Positions 1 through 11,269 of a stretch of 61,597 bases of DNA are shown here, piece by piece (the first letter of the stretch is position 1; the number at the start of each line of letters is the position of its first letter). A model generated the notes under the pieces. That model saw only the letters and a program-made list of their open reading frames with translations, made no database searches and was not told the DNA's origin. This stretch comes from Octopus bimaculoides (lineage: Eukaryota): positions 4,505,070 to 4,566,666 of the forward strand of contig NC_068985.1 of the NCBI RefSeq assembly GCF_001194135.2, in the 5' to 3' direction. Position numbers and translations under genes: made by a program.

Positions 1-257
1 ATATATACGCGCTTCACTGAATGCAAAGACTAGAAATCCGCTTAAGGAGTATCATGTTAAATTGTTCATATTTATTTGGCAGCAGTTCCAATGTCAGAAG
101 GAAAAAAGAGGGATAATTGCATTTGAAACGAGTCTTGTAGCCCTCGGCAGAGTCATATTATTCTACGACAGAGTATTTGTGGTGCCATGCGACAGAATAT
201 CCTCATGTGGGAAACATGTGTCAGTAGACATCAATAGAAAAACAGATGTTTTTAATG

Positions 258-465
258 AGGTGTGACTGTGTGGTAAAAAGCTTGCTTCCCAACCACATGA
301 TTCCGGGTTCAGTCCCACTGCGTAGCATTTCGAGCAAATAATCTCTACTATTGCCGATGAAAGCCGTGTGAGTAGGTTTGGTAGAGGGTGTTGGTGTTAA
401 CATCCCTGTAACTTAGCAGTTCGGCAAAAGTGGCGGTAGAATAAGTAGGAGGCTTCGAAAGAAAT
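258..465 (+). mobile_element. tRNA-derived CORE-type SINE (family A), internally deleted copy
   Basis: Head with A/B-box-like motifs (GGTGTGACTGTGTGGT...GGGTTCAGTCCC) joined to tail blocks shared with many other copies in the window. Confidence 0.8.
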
Positions 466-505
466 AGGCACATGTATTGGTTCATTCGATCAAAGCAAAT
501 TAACA

Positions 506-1045
506 GCGCAGGCGTGGCTGTGTGGTAAGAAGCTTACTTCGCAACCACATGGTTTCGGGTTCAGTGGCACCTTGGGCAAGAGCCTTTTACTATAGCCTCG
601 AGCCGACCAAAGTTTTGTGGGTGGATTTGGTAGACGGAAACTGAAAGAAGCCCGTCGTATATATTCCTTTTCTATTAGACTTTCCTCTGTTTCCGAAGAA
701 GAGCGTCTGCTCGAAACGTTAAACCATCTTTCTTCCCTTCCCTGAGCGTCTGCTAATACTTTACATGTACCACATCCGCGCGTTGTTGTTTTTGCGTTTG
801 TTCTTGATTTTTTGTTTTGGATTTACTTTATGTGTGTGTGTGNNNNNNNNNNNNNNNNNNNNNGGGGGGGGGGTCCTCTCCATCGCTTGACAACCGATGT
901 TGGTGTATTTACGTCCCCGTTACTGAGCGGTTCGGCAAAAGGGGCCGATAGAATAAGTACTAGCCTTACAAAGAATAAATCGTGGAGTTGATTTGTTCGA
1001 CTAAAATCGGCGCTTCAGCATGGCCGCAGTCAGGTCTTGGCAACT
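506..1045 (+). mobile_element. SINE family A; central microsatellite interrupted by a Penelope-like terminal fragment and a gap
   Basis: Head 506-665 with CORE-like ACCTTGGGCAAG; tail 865-1045 (CGCTTGACAACCGATG...CAGCATGGCCGCAG). Confidence 0.85.
666..830 (+). mobile_element. Penelope-like element terminal (pLTR) fragment with a degenerate minimal hammerhead
   Basis: GTTT-CCGAAGA-A-GAGC-gtct-GCTC-GAAAC-GTT-AAAC at 689-724; T-rich tail similar in layout to 24130-24310. Confidence 0.65.
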
Positions 1046-1355
1046 AAACCGGCTCCTATCAAACCTGACAATTAAATCAAGCCTGATCTTTTACTGAGAA
1101 GCAGAGATACTTTTCTCTAATATTCTGCCCCATTAGAAACAAGCAGTGAATTACGGTTTTATTGTATGCACAGAGCTTTAAGAATAATACTTCTTTTATT
1201 CATGGTTTTTTTTTTCCTGTGTAGATATTCTTTGTTTAAAGCACCACTAGGTACCTGTATTATTTCTCGTTTGCTATTAGAGAAATAGTTATTCCATTCA
1301 CGGAAATGTTGTTAGGTTGGCCTGTAGTTTTTATGCTTTTAGAATCACGTATCAG

Positions 1356-1562
1356 GGCAGCGAGCTAGCAGAATCGTTAGCACGTTGGATGAAATGCTTA
1401 GCAGCATGTCGCCCGTCGCTACGTTCCGAGTTCAGCCGAGGTCGACTTTGCCTTTCATCCTTTCGGGATAGATAAATTAAGTACCAGTGAAACACCTGGG
1501 TCGATGTAATCGACTATCCCCTCTACCCCCGAATTTCAGGCCTTCTGCTGATAATAGAAAGG
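1356..1562 (+). mobile_element. tRNA-derived SINE family B
   Basis: GCGAGCTAGCAGAATCGTTAGCAC head and GAGGTCGACTTTGCCTTTCATCC core shared with about 10 other copies. Confidence 0.85.
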
Positions 1563-2394
1563 TTTTTGAATCATGTAGTTACATTTATGCTGGCCAAAAT
1601 CCGTCCCTTTATTCTTTTGGAATGCTGCGAGCAGGAAAAAACTTTTTTCTATGCTATTACAATATTTCTGCAACATTTTCTAAGGTCACATCTCTTCAGT
1701 TGATGTCCAGGATTTTATTTTATTAAGTTTTTACACAGATGTAGTTTTCTACGTCAAATCAAATATTACAACCGTTTTTGCAGAAATTAATAATACAAAC
1801 GTTAAGAACGTTCAAAGATTGGAATTTTTTATTAGCTTTGTAGGCGCAGTTACCTCCCTTGACAGCGGGCTTAAACAAGCTCGCACTAGATGGCGGCGAC
1901 TAACAGACAAGAGACAACGCACAGATTTAGATCATGGCCTCTACGCATCAAACTCTTTCCATTTGTCATTCAACTTGTATATATGTGTGTGAGGCCGACA
2001 TTAAAGGTGTTTAAAGTTACAGCCTTGTTCCATGTATTCCTTTGTACGGTGTTCCTTTCAAATGATATTACAGCCTTCTGAAGGAGTCAACCTTTAGATG
2101 ACTCCACAACTCTGATTCAACCACATCTAAAGTTTAATCAGTCGGATCCATCCTGTTCTTAAAAGCTCGTGGCATCATTATGGAAAGAGCCGTTGTTCTT
2201 GTTTTGTTTTTTTGGTTTTTCAGATGCAACGTTATGTAAAACGCAACATTTTTTTTTTTTTTTTTTTGATAAACCAATGTAAAAGATGTCACAAAACCTT
2301 TGAAGATGAAAATATTTTATGAAAGAAACTTGAGGAAAATAATGAATTATTTACATTGAAATTCTGAGACGCACTTCAAACCCCAGCCTGAAAC

Positions 2395-2542
2395 TCTTAA
2401 CTCAAAAACCTAACGCTAAACCTAAATCTTATTACAACCACTAAGCTTAACCCTAAGCCCTATCCCCATATCATAAACCTTAACTTTAACCCATGTCCTA
2501 ACTTTATGCCCTGACCTAAGACTCTAAAATCTAATCCTTACC
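2395..2542 (+). repeat. Degenerate (CCCTAA)-like 6-mer array
   Basis: Run of cctaac/cctaaa/ccctaag/ctttaac units with roughly 6-nt periodicity. Confidence 0.55.
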
Positions 2543-2545
2543 CAA

Positions 2546-3175
2546 TCATCATCATCATCATCGTTTAACGTCTGTTTTCCATCCTAGCATGGGTTGGACG
2601 GTTCGACTGGAGTCTGGAAAGCCAGGAGGCTGCACCAGGCTCCAATCTGATCTGGCAGTGTTTCTACAGCTGGATGCCCTTCCTAACGCCAGCCACTCCG
2701 AGAATGAAGTGGGTGCTTTTTTACGTACCATCGGCACAGGAGCCAGAGCGGGCTGGCATCGACCACGATCGAGTGGTGATTTTTACGTGCCACCGGCACG
2801 GAAGCCAATCAAGGCGGCGCTGGCATCGGCCACGTTCGGGTGGTGCATTTTTACGTGCCACCGGCACGGGGATCACAACTACAATTTCCATTTGATTGCG
2901 ATTTGATTTTGATGTACTTGACTCAATAGGTCTCCTCAAGCACGGCATGTCGCCCTACGATCCAAGGAACTTTTGAGTGGGATAGTTATGCGACACTGGT
3001 TTAGGTTACGGCTGTGATCTCACTTTCCTTGCCAGCATATCTCAATCACAACATATCTCCAGAGGTCTCGGTCTTTTGTCATTGCCTCTGTGAGGCCCAA
3101 CGTTCGAAGGTCATGCCTCACCACCTCATCCTATGTCTTCCTGGGTCTCCCTCTACCCCGGATCCCTTCCACTGG
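2546..3175 (-). mobile_element. RTE-clade LINE 3' end with 3' UTR and (GAT)n tail
   Basis: Minus strand encodes RGRGRPRKT*DEVVRHDLRTLGLTEAMTKDRDLWRY, a typical RTE C-terminus; UTR has three TTTTACGT(G/A)CCA(C/T)CGGCAC repeats, the GTTAGGAAGGGCATCC block and a GAT tail. Confidence 0.85.
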
Positions 3176-3249
3176 CAACTTAAATAACAGATTGTCGATT
3201 TCCGTAGTGTCGAGAATGGTTGAACCTGATTGGCTAAAATTACAAAATA

Positions 3250-4020
3250 ATTCAATCTTTAAAGAGTCATAACTTTTATATTATTAATTTCTTCAAACAT
3301 ATTTGCGATTTTCGTATTTGGCATGAAAAACTACATCTGTATAGAAATTGTCAATAAAATAGAACTCTGTACAAAATCCGGAAAGATTCTTCAGGAAATC
3401 CAGAAAGAAGTTATGTGACAGTCTGGCGTTGGTGTATTCCCCCTGAACAATCACATAAACTTCAGATTCCTTCAGCAAAACGAACAGGAAATCCGCAGAA
3501 GTGTCCTTTCATTCGAAATCACTATTTTCTCATAAAAGTTTCATTAATTTTTCTTGAGGCAAATTTTCCAGAATGGATAAAATACGTTCTTATCATTTCA
3601 TTGAAGACAAGATAAATTCCTACCTTTGCACTCATCTCACCTGTAGGGAATGGTTTACATAAAGAACGAATGATTTCCGGCAGTTTTGATGGCCAGATTC
3701 GTTTTAAACACTTTGAAACATAATATTTCACCTTCAAAGTGAGACGGATGGAATAGTAAATATTTACCAAAGACTATATGCAAGAAGTATTACTTCAGTT
3801 TGATAATTTGTCATCGCCAACAATGTAATTCTGAAGATTCAAGAAGGTGTGGCTGACTACAACCTTATGAAGAAGAGATTCTAGAAATTTCTCGTTGTCT
3901 CCAGCGAGAAACTTTCTCCTTGAAAACGTACAGTGAATGTCTTTCTTCCGGGTTCGAATCTGCCTCAAATGTATTTGAACTGGTAACAAGTTTGCATTTA
4001 TACACATCACTGTTTAGCGC
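3250..4020 (-). pseudogene. Unidentified frameshifted coding relic
   Basis: Three consecutive minus-strand ORFs (3795-4010, 3522-3770, 3293-3478) with protein-like composition; diverged homolog at 5638-5735. Confidence 0.4.
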
Positions 4021-4255
4021 TGGCACACCGTATTCTGTTCACTGTGTGCCCCTGAATAGCGTAATCTGCCATTGAACGATGACAGGGACATCACAAGAGC
4101 GACCTGTCTATCGTGTCAGTTCGCAGCATCGAGCTTCCCGGCCTGTTGCAAACGGGGGAGAGGATTACCGCTCCGAAATGCATGCATCCACCAATCTGGT
4201 TAGGGAAAGCTGTGAGCTGTTGACTTTTTTCTTCGTCTCTGTTGCCGTACACATT

Positions 4256-5411
4256 TGTAGTGAAACTACCTATCGTCACTAGATACAAAACTACTATCGC
4301 CATTACATACAATCTTCTCATTTAAATATAAATAAATGCGAGCGTAGTAGAGAACCCATACCTTGTCATCACGTGACTGATCATTATTCGATTCGGCAAC
4401 TTCTTCGAACCGTTCCCGCCAGAACGCAAACTGACCAATCACGGCCCCTAATAAGGTCACGTGATAGAGTATATTTCTACCATCTGGTGAGCCAATAGTT
4501 TGTTATAAATAGCTTTAACTCGGCAACCAAATTTGTCTCGGTCCAGTTTCTCTTTGAGAACTGTTCCGTGTACCACACGACAGCAGCAGCAGTTCCAGCG
4601 ACCNNNNNNNNNNNNNNNNNNNNNNNNNNNNNNNNNNNNNNNNNNNNNNNNNNNNNNNNNNNNNNNNNNNNNNNNNNNNNNNNNNNNNNNNNNNNNNNNN
4701 NNNNNNNNNNNNNNNNNNNNNNNNNNNNNNNNNNNNNNNNNNNNNNNNNNNNNNNNNNNNNNNNNNNNNNNNNNNNNNNNNNNNNNNNNNNNNNNNNNNN
4801 NNNNNNNNNNNNNNNNNNNNNNNNNNNNNNNNNNNNNNNNNNNNNNNNNNNNNNNNNNNNNNNNNNNNNNNNNNNNNNNNNNNNNNNNNNNNNNNNNNNN
4901 NNNNNNNNNNNNNNNNNNNNNNNNNNNNNNNNNNNNNNNNNNNNNNNNNNNNNNNNNNNNNNNNNNNNNNNNNNNNNNNNNNNNNNNNNNNNNNNNNNNN
5001 NNNNNNNNNNNNNNNNNNNNNNNNNNNNNNNNNNNNNNNNNNNNNNNNNNNNNNNNNNNNNNNNNNNNNNNNNNNNNNNNNNNNNNNNNNNCACACACAT
5101 GTATCACTCACATACACACTTTTCTTTGTACGACGGCCTGTCTTTGATTATGTTCTTATATGTCGCATTCACACTCTCACACAGACATACATCTTTAACG
5201 CTATAATAAATATCTCTGTTATTCATCTAATACGGTTGTGGTCTTTCATTACTGGTCATCTATGTTATCGTCGCATAACATATCATGTATATCATCTCTG
5301 ATACATATAACTGTGTGTTCGACCGTGTGACGCGTTTAAATAAAAGGAGTCCTCTGTTTTTCCATTCGTCACCATTTCTCCTTTTATGAGTTCGCACGGT
5401 CGTCCCTTACA
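4256..5411 (+). mobile_element. Solo LTR (probably Gypsy or BEL type), contains a 489-N gap
   Basis: TGTA...TACA termini, 4-bp target duplication CATT (4252-4255 and 5412-5415), CACGTG and CCAAT boxes, TATAAATA near 4504, AATAAA signals. Confidence 0.75.
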
Positions 5412-5637
5412 CATTCTCTTACAAGGGGGTCTAGTGTTCTTAGCTTAGACTTTGGTGGTGGGGCAACCAGATCCAACTATCTCAAGTGTAACTGTCCGAA
5501 ATGGTCGTGACTTCTGGTACTTGACTGATGAAAGAAAGCCAAGAATGACCCGTCTTTTTTGCCTGTCTTTCTAATTGTTGTTTCTCTTGTCCGCCTTTGT
5601 GTCGTCTATCTGTCCGAACGTTTTAATGCCCTTTATT
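5412..5637. repeat. Unclassified interspersed repeat, copy 1 (left stub at 4225-4255, split by the LTR)
   Basis: High similarity by eye to 8360-8612. Confidence 0.8.
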
Positions 5638-6061
5638 TGTCTACAGCGTGAAATTTTCTCCAGAACAAAACACGGTGAATGGCTTTCATACGAGTTCGAA
5701 TGTAACTCAAGTATATTTGAACTGATAACCTGATTCTAGACCAGTAGTTCCCAACATTTTCACTACCAAGGACCCATTTTATGGAAATAAGTTTTCCTAT
5801 GGACCCCAGGATATTAAAAGGCCTGTCACCACGGATCCCCAGTACTACCTTTGCAGAGCACCGGGGGTCTGCAGACTACAGGTAGGGAACCCCTGTTCTA
5901 GAAGATATTTTTGTCATTATTCTGTTTAATCTGGAAGAAAATGGAGATAAACACAGTTCAAGAGAGAATAGAGATGCGTTCAAGAGAGGAACTATATGAA
6001 CATTGCTCACAGAGAAAAGTTCATTATCAGGACTGAAAGAAAAAATTCATATTAAGAAACT

Positions 6062-6395
6062 TTCTAACCACATGGTTCCGGGTTCAGTCCTGCTGCGTAG
6101 CACCTTGGGGCAAGTGTCTTCTTCTATAACCGCAGGCCTTGTGAGTGGATTTGATAGACGGAAAATGGAAGAAACCATCGTGCGTTTGTGTTTGTGTTTG
6201 TTCTCCACCACTGCTTGACAACCGATGTTGGTGTGTTTACGTCCCTGTAACATAGCAGTTCAGCAAAAGATATCGATAAATTAAGTACCAGGCTTTAAAA
6301 AATAAGTATTGGGGTCGATTCATTCGACTAAAAATTCTTTAAGGCGATGCCCCAGTATGGCCACACTTTAATGAGTGAAACAAAAGATAAACGAT
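6062..6395 (+). mobile_element. SINE family A, 5'-truncated
   Basis: AACCACATGGTTCCGGGTTCAGTCC head remnant, CORE block and tail. Confidence 0.85.
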
Positions 6396-6682
6396 AAAAC
6401 ATTGTTCACAGAGAAAAGTTCGTCATCAAAACAGTCAAAAATTGTCCTATTAAGGAAATTTCAGCGTTTAGACAATGAAGCCTTAGACCAAGTGTGAAAT
6501 GCCAATAGATTTGTTGTCAGTTTGCAAAGCTGGCATAAGAATCGGGTAAGGAATGGTGATAATGTCGTTCTCTTGTTCAACTTGTGCTAAATCTGACCTC
6601 TGCTCTCTTGTTCCAACTCTCTTTTGTAAACTTTTCAACTCTTTTATTTATAACAACTCAACGCTTTTGCTCTGTTGACATT

Positions 6683-6758
6683 GTTGTCTCTGGCAACGGA
6701 AAACACGACGTCATGTGTGAGGTGTAATAGCACTGAAGATTCGGTTTCCATTGGAAAC
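6683..6758. promoter_or_regulatory. Candidate RFX X-box pair with CRE-like site
   Basis: GTTGTCTCTGGCAAC (6683-6697), CGACGTCA (6706-6713), palindromic GTTTCCATTGGAAAC (6744-6758) in apparently non-repeat sequence. Confidence 0.35.
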
Positions 6759-8359
6759 ATCGTTCCAGTTATTTTATTTATTTTCTTATCTATTTTGTAA
6801 CCATAACAATGTGTTGTATTTATTGACGATGTTAATATCGAATTATGGATTCCAGTTTAATCCCAGGAATTTCGCAAATCGAGAAATATGACATTTCCAG
6901 CTACAAAACTAAAAACGGCACCACAGAGAGTTTGTCTTCCCTGAAATATAATTCTGTGACACTTCATCTTCTGATATCATCTCATTCTATTTTACACGTG
7001 TAATTGGCAAGCGTGTGGCATCCTCTTCGTATATTATATTGACTTTAACCCACAAAAGTCTTTAGGTCTGGTGCCCCTAACTTCAATAAGAGAAACAAAC
7101 AACTGCCATGTACAAACACGTTAGGGCATAACTACAGATTTGTCTCCTCCCCCACCTCCGACTTTGGATGATCATGTAGATTCCGAATATACAATTGGGG
7201 GGGGGGGCTTAGGAGGGTGGATTTCGGAAAAATTCACCGGAGTCCACTTCAACTCGTCTTAACTCTTAAGAAAATGGATATTTTTTAATGAAATTCTATA
7301 CAAATATATTTCAGACTATGTACATTCTGAAGACATAGGAATTTAGGAGGAAAACAATTGGGGGTTATTTTTGAGAACTGTTCCCCACTCGGGGGTGTTT
7401 CGGAACAAGTCGTCCATATTTGTTTTATTTTCTCCGTTGTGTGTTTTTGTGCATCTGTAGATTTCTACTGAAGCAACAAACAGGCAATGAAGGCAAATAA
7501 ATTTAATGAAATTTTCTACGAAAGTCGGTGGGGCAGAAATCTGTAGTTATGCCCGCGTTAGTAGTAGTATTGATACTTCATTTCGTCAGAGACAATGCCA
7601 CTTCACGTTGGAGGCCCTGGACGAAACCAAATTAACAAAACTAAATCCAAAAAACTTTCATTAAATTTAATTTTTTTCACTACATCAGTCTATTATATTA
7701 AATTTTCAGGCTGCTGATATCTCTGAGTATTTTTTCCGCATTCACAAAAATCTTCTATTCCTTTAATTACTCTAAGATGTGCCTCAGTAATAATAGCATG
7801 CTTTGCTGATGAAATTTTATAAAACTGAAACATGTCTGTCGTTGTTCCTCTGCTAATGATCAGATTCCTTTCCCGTAGCATTTCATATTTGATAAATCGA
7901 AACTAATTAAACTTTCAGGATTGTTTTACCTCCAGGTCTTTTGGGGTTTTTTTCACAAGAATAAGTCAAGTAGAAAATGGATGCTCCTATTACTAAGACT
8001 TAATTAAAATTTCTTTGTTTACTATATAAAGCATGCTAACGTTCATTTTAATGGAGACTACAGAGCAGATGAGGAACTATTCTAAGGAGTAGGGAAGCCG
8101 CGTCAGTTTCATCCAAATACCAACTTTTATTAAGCTTCCATGTGACCGGTGTCCGGTCAGCCATGATCTTTCTTTCTTGGCCTGACTGTCGACCCTCAAC
8201 ACGTCTTGTGTCCATCTCCCATGTTCCTCCTTTTAGGCTTTTACTTCATACACGTCAGCTCAATTTGAATCGTTCTCAGTCGAAAGAGGCTTGTTGTTAT
8301 TTCTTCTTGTTGTATTCGTAATTGTGTACCATGCTCTCTGTTTTTTGGTTTGTTTGTTT

Positions 8360-8612
8360 TTTTCTTCGTCTTTGTTGCCGTACATATTCGCTAGCTCTCT
8401 TACAAGGGGGTCTAATGCTCTTAGCTTAGACTTTTGGGGAGACAACCAGATCGAACCATCTCAAGCGTAACTGTCCGAAATGGTCGTGACTTCTGGTACT
8501 TGACTGAGGAAAGAAAGCTACGAATGACCCATTTTTTTTTGCCTGTCCTTCTAATTATTGTTTCTCTTATCTGCCTTTGTGTTGTCTATCTGTCCGAACG
8601 TCTTAATGCCCT
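8360..8612. repeat. Unclassified interspersed repeat, copy 2 (uninterrupted)
   Basis: Matches 4225-4255 joined to 5412-5637. Confidence 0.8.
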
Positions 8613-8630
8613 CTATTGCGTTTTTGTTCC

Positions 8631-8676
<46 letters not shown>

Positions 8677-9296
8677 GTAAATATTACATCAGCTATTTAG
8701 TCAGGTTACCAACGATACAGTCGATATATGGCCAATGGCGTTAAAGTGACAGCAGATCTTTTTTCTTTGTGGCCTTCAATTTGCGAAGCGTCGTTTTGTG
8801 TTCTGACGGAGAATTTTGCAGCTGCTTCTCATGTGTTGAGTGACTTCATACAGGCCTCTTCATTTGTAGCTGTATAATAATGTATGCACATTTGCATATA
8901 TATGTATATGCAGATATCTATTTGTATACACACACATGCATACATATATGCATTCATATACATATAAGCCGTGATGAATTGACACTTGTACATGTTTGTT
9001 AGTCATATTTTACTCATCTACCTTGGAGTCTACACTTCGGAAGTATTTGGAAAATATCTTTATATAAAGTACATGTTTGAACAAACAAGAGCGGATTTAT
9101 TCAGTAAGTTGGATCGTGCTATTTGCAGACACAGCATGAATATCGGGTAGAAAAAATTCTATGTAGAATTGGATACTCGCCTAATATTGTTTGAGAGTGT
9201 AAATAAGTTCGTCCTAACGCGGTGCCTCGATTTAAGTACCTAATTGAACTGAATCTAAATTACATTTCATTTATATGCATATACAGACAGACAGAC

Positions 9297-9351
<55 letters not shown>

Positions 9352-9649
9352 AATCACTAGAACTGTAAAAATCTGTAAAACTTTCCAGAAGTTTATCTTT
9401 AAATATATATGAACATGTCTAGATATGTAACCATAAGCATGAGGATACATACATAAAACATACATACATACATACATACTTACATACACACATACACGCA
9501 TACATACATACATATGCACGCACACGTATGTATCCAAACATACATACATATCTGTGTGTACGCTCGTATACATAAATACGTGCACATATTTATGTATAAC
9601 AATGCCTTTTATTATAGATACAATCCCTGATTATTTGAGGAGCGGGGAA

Positions 9650-10032
9650 GGGGTAAGTCAACTGCATCAACCCCAGTACTCAACTGGTACTTACTTTATC
9701 GACCCCGAAAGGTTGAAAGGCAAAGTCGACCTCGGTGGAATTTGAACTCAGAACGTCAAGACAGACGAATGCATTTCGCCCGACGTGATAACGTTTCTTA
9801 TTTCTTTACTGCCCACAAGGGGCTGCACACAGAGGGGACAAACAAGGACAGACAGATGGATTAAGTCGATTATATCGACCCCAGTGCGTAACTGATACTT
9901 ATTTAATCGACCCCGAAAGGATGAAAGGCAAAGTCGACTTCGGCGGAATTTGAACTCAGAACGTAGCAGCAGACGAAATACTGCTAAGCATTGTCGCCCG
10001 ACGGGCTAACGTTTCTGCCAGCTCGCCGCCTT
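9650..10032 (-). mobile_element. Two tandem SINE family B copies
   Basis: ATCGACCCCGAAAGG...GGCAAAGTCGAC...GAATTTGAACTCAGAACG occurs twice. Confidence 0.85.
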
Positions 10033-10139
10033 AAATACAGACGTATAATAACAACGTGTGTGTAGCTGTATGGTTGGGCATCCTTTGTGTCGTCTTATAG
10101 ACACATTGTTTTTATAAGTACATTTTGTCTCAGACGTAT

Positions 10140-10360
10140 TCTTTTATTCTTTTACTTGTTTCAGTCATTTGACTGTGGCCACGCTGGAGCACCGCCTTTA
10201 GTCGAATAAGTCGACCCCAGGACTTATTCTTTGTAAGCCTAGTACTTATTCTGTCGGTCTCTTTTGCCGAAGTGCTGGACTACGGAGACATAGACACACC
10301 AACATCAGTTTTCAAGCGATGGGGTGTGGCGAACACAGCCACACATATACACACACATAA

Positions 10361-10448
<88 letters not shown>

Positions 10449-10615
10449 ACGACGGGCTTTTTCAGTTTCCGTCTACCAAATCCACTCACAAGGCTTTGGT
10501 AGGCCTGAGGCAATAATAGAAGACACTTGCCCAAGGTACCACGCAGTGGGACTGAACCCGGAACCATGTGCTTGGGAAGCAAGCTTCTTACCACACAGAC
10601 ACGCCTGTGCCTATA
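10140..10615 (-). mobile_element. SINE family A, full length, with central (CA)n(TA)n
   Basis: Reverse complement of head, CORE block, microsatellite and tail. Confidence 0.9.
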
Positions 10616-10697
10616 TATACATCGTTCTTATATGAACATGGATGTATAAAATATGTGTATATACATACATACATATCAGTGTATGTATATGCATATA

Positions 10698-10728
<31 letters not shown>

Positions 10729-10816
10729 GTGTGAGGATATTATTGTTTATAATATCAGTGGCTTTGCATGCGTAAACAACCCATAATGGTAAAAATATTA
10801 TGAATTAATAATTAAG

Positions 10817-10957
10817 GGTGCTAACAGGCAGTACCGGGATGCTAAACATAGCAGTGAAAATGATCAAACCACAAGTTTTCATTTAAACACAGTGAAAACT
10901 TGTGGTTTGATGATTTTGACTGCTATGTTTAGCATGCCGGTACTGCCTGTTAGTACC
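10817..10957. repeat. 65-bp inverted repeat with 11-nt loop (hairpin or MITE)
   Basis: Arms 10817-10881 and 10893-10957 differ at 4 positions. Confidence 0.9.
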
Positions 10958-11269
10958 ATTCATTATTAATATATATATATATATATANNNNNNNNNNNNN
11001 NNNNNNNNNNNNNNNNNNNNNNNNNNNNNNNNNNNNNNNNNNNNNNNNNNNNNNNNNNNNNNNNNNNNNNNNNNNNNNNNNNNNNNNNNNNNNNNNNNNN
11101 NNNNNNNNNNNNNNNNNNNNNNNNNNNNNNNNNNNNNNNNNNNNNNNNNNNNNNNNNNNNNNNNNNNNNNNNNNNNNNNNNNNNNNNNNNNNNNNNNNNN
11201 NTATATATACACATATATACATACATAGCTGTAAAGCGTTTCTCTAACATAACCTCGACCCTTCATATC

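Noticed and set aside
1883-1897. CTCF-like motif GCACTAGATGGCGGC
   Set aside because: Single imperfect hit; a similar motif occurs inside the mariner at 54185, so it may be TE-derived
5522-5540. CTGATGA-AA-GAAA as a hammerhead
   Set aside because: No stem II or stem I pairing; the second copy reads CTGAGGA
8460-8532. HDV-like ribozyme (ends CGAATGACC)
   Set aside because: P2 and J4/2 can be drawn, but P3, P1.1 and the G-U cleavage pair cannot
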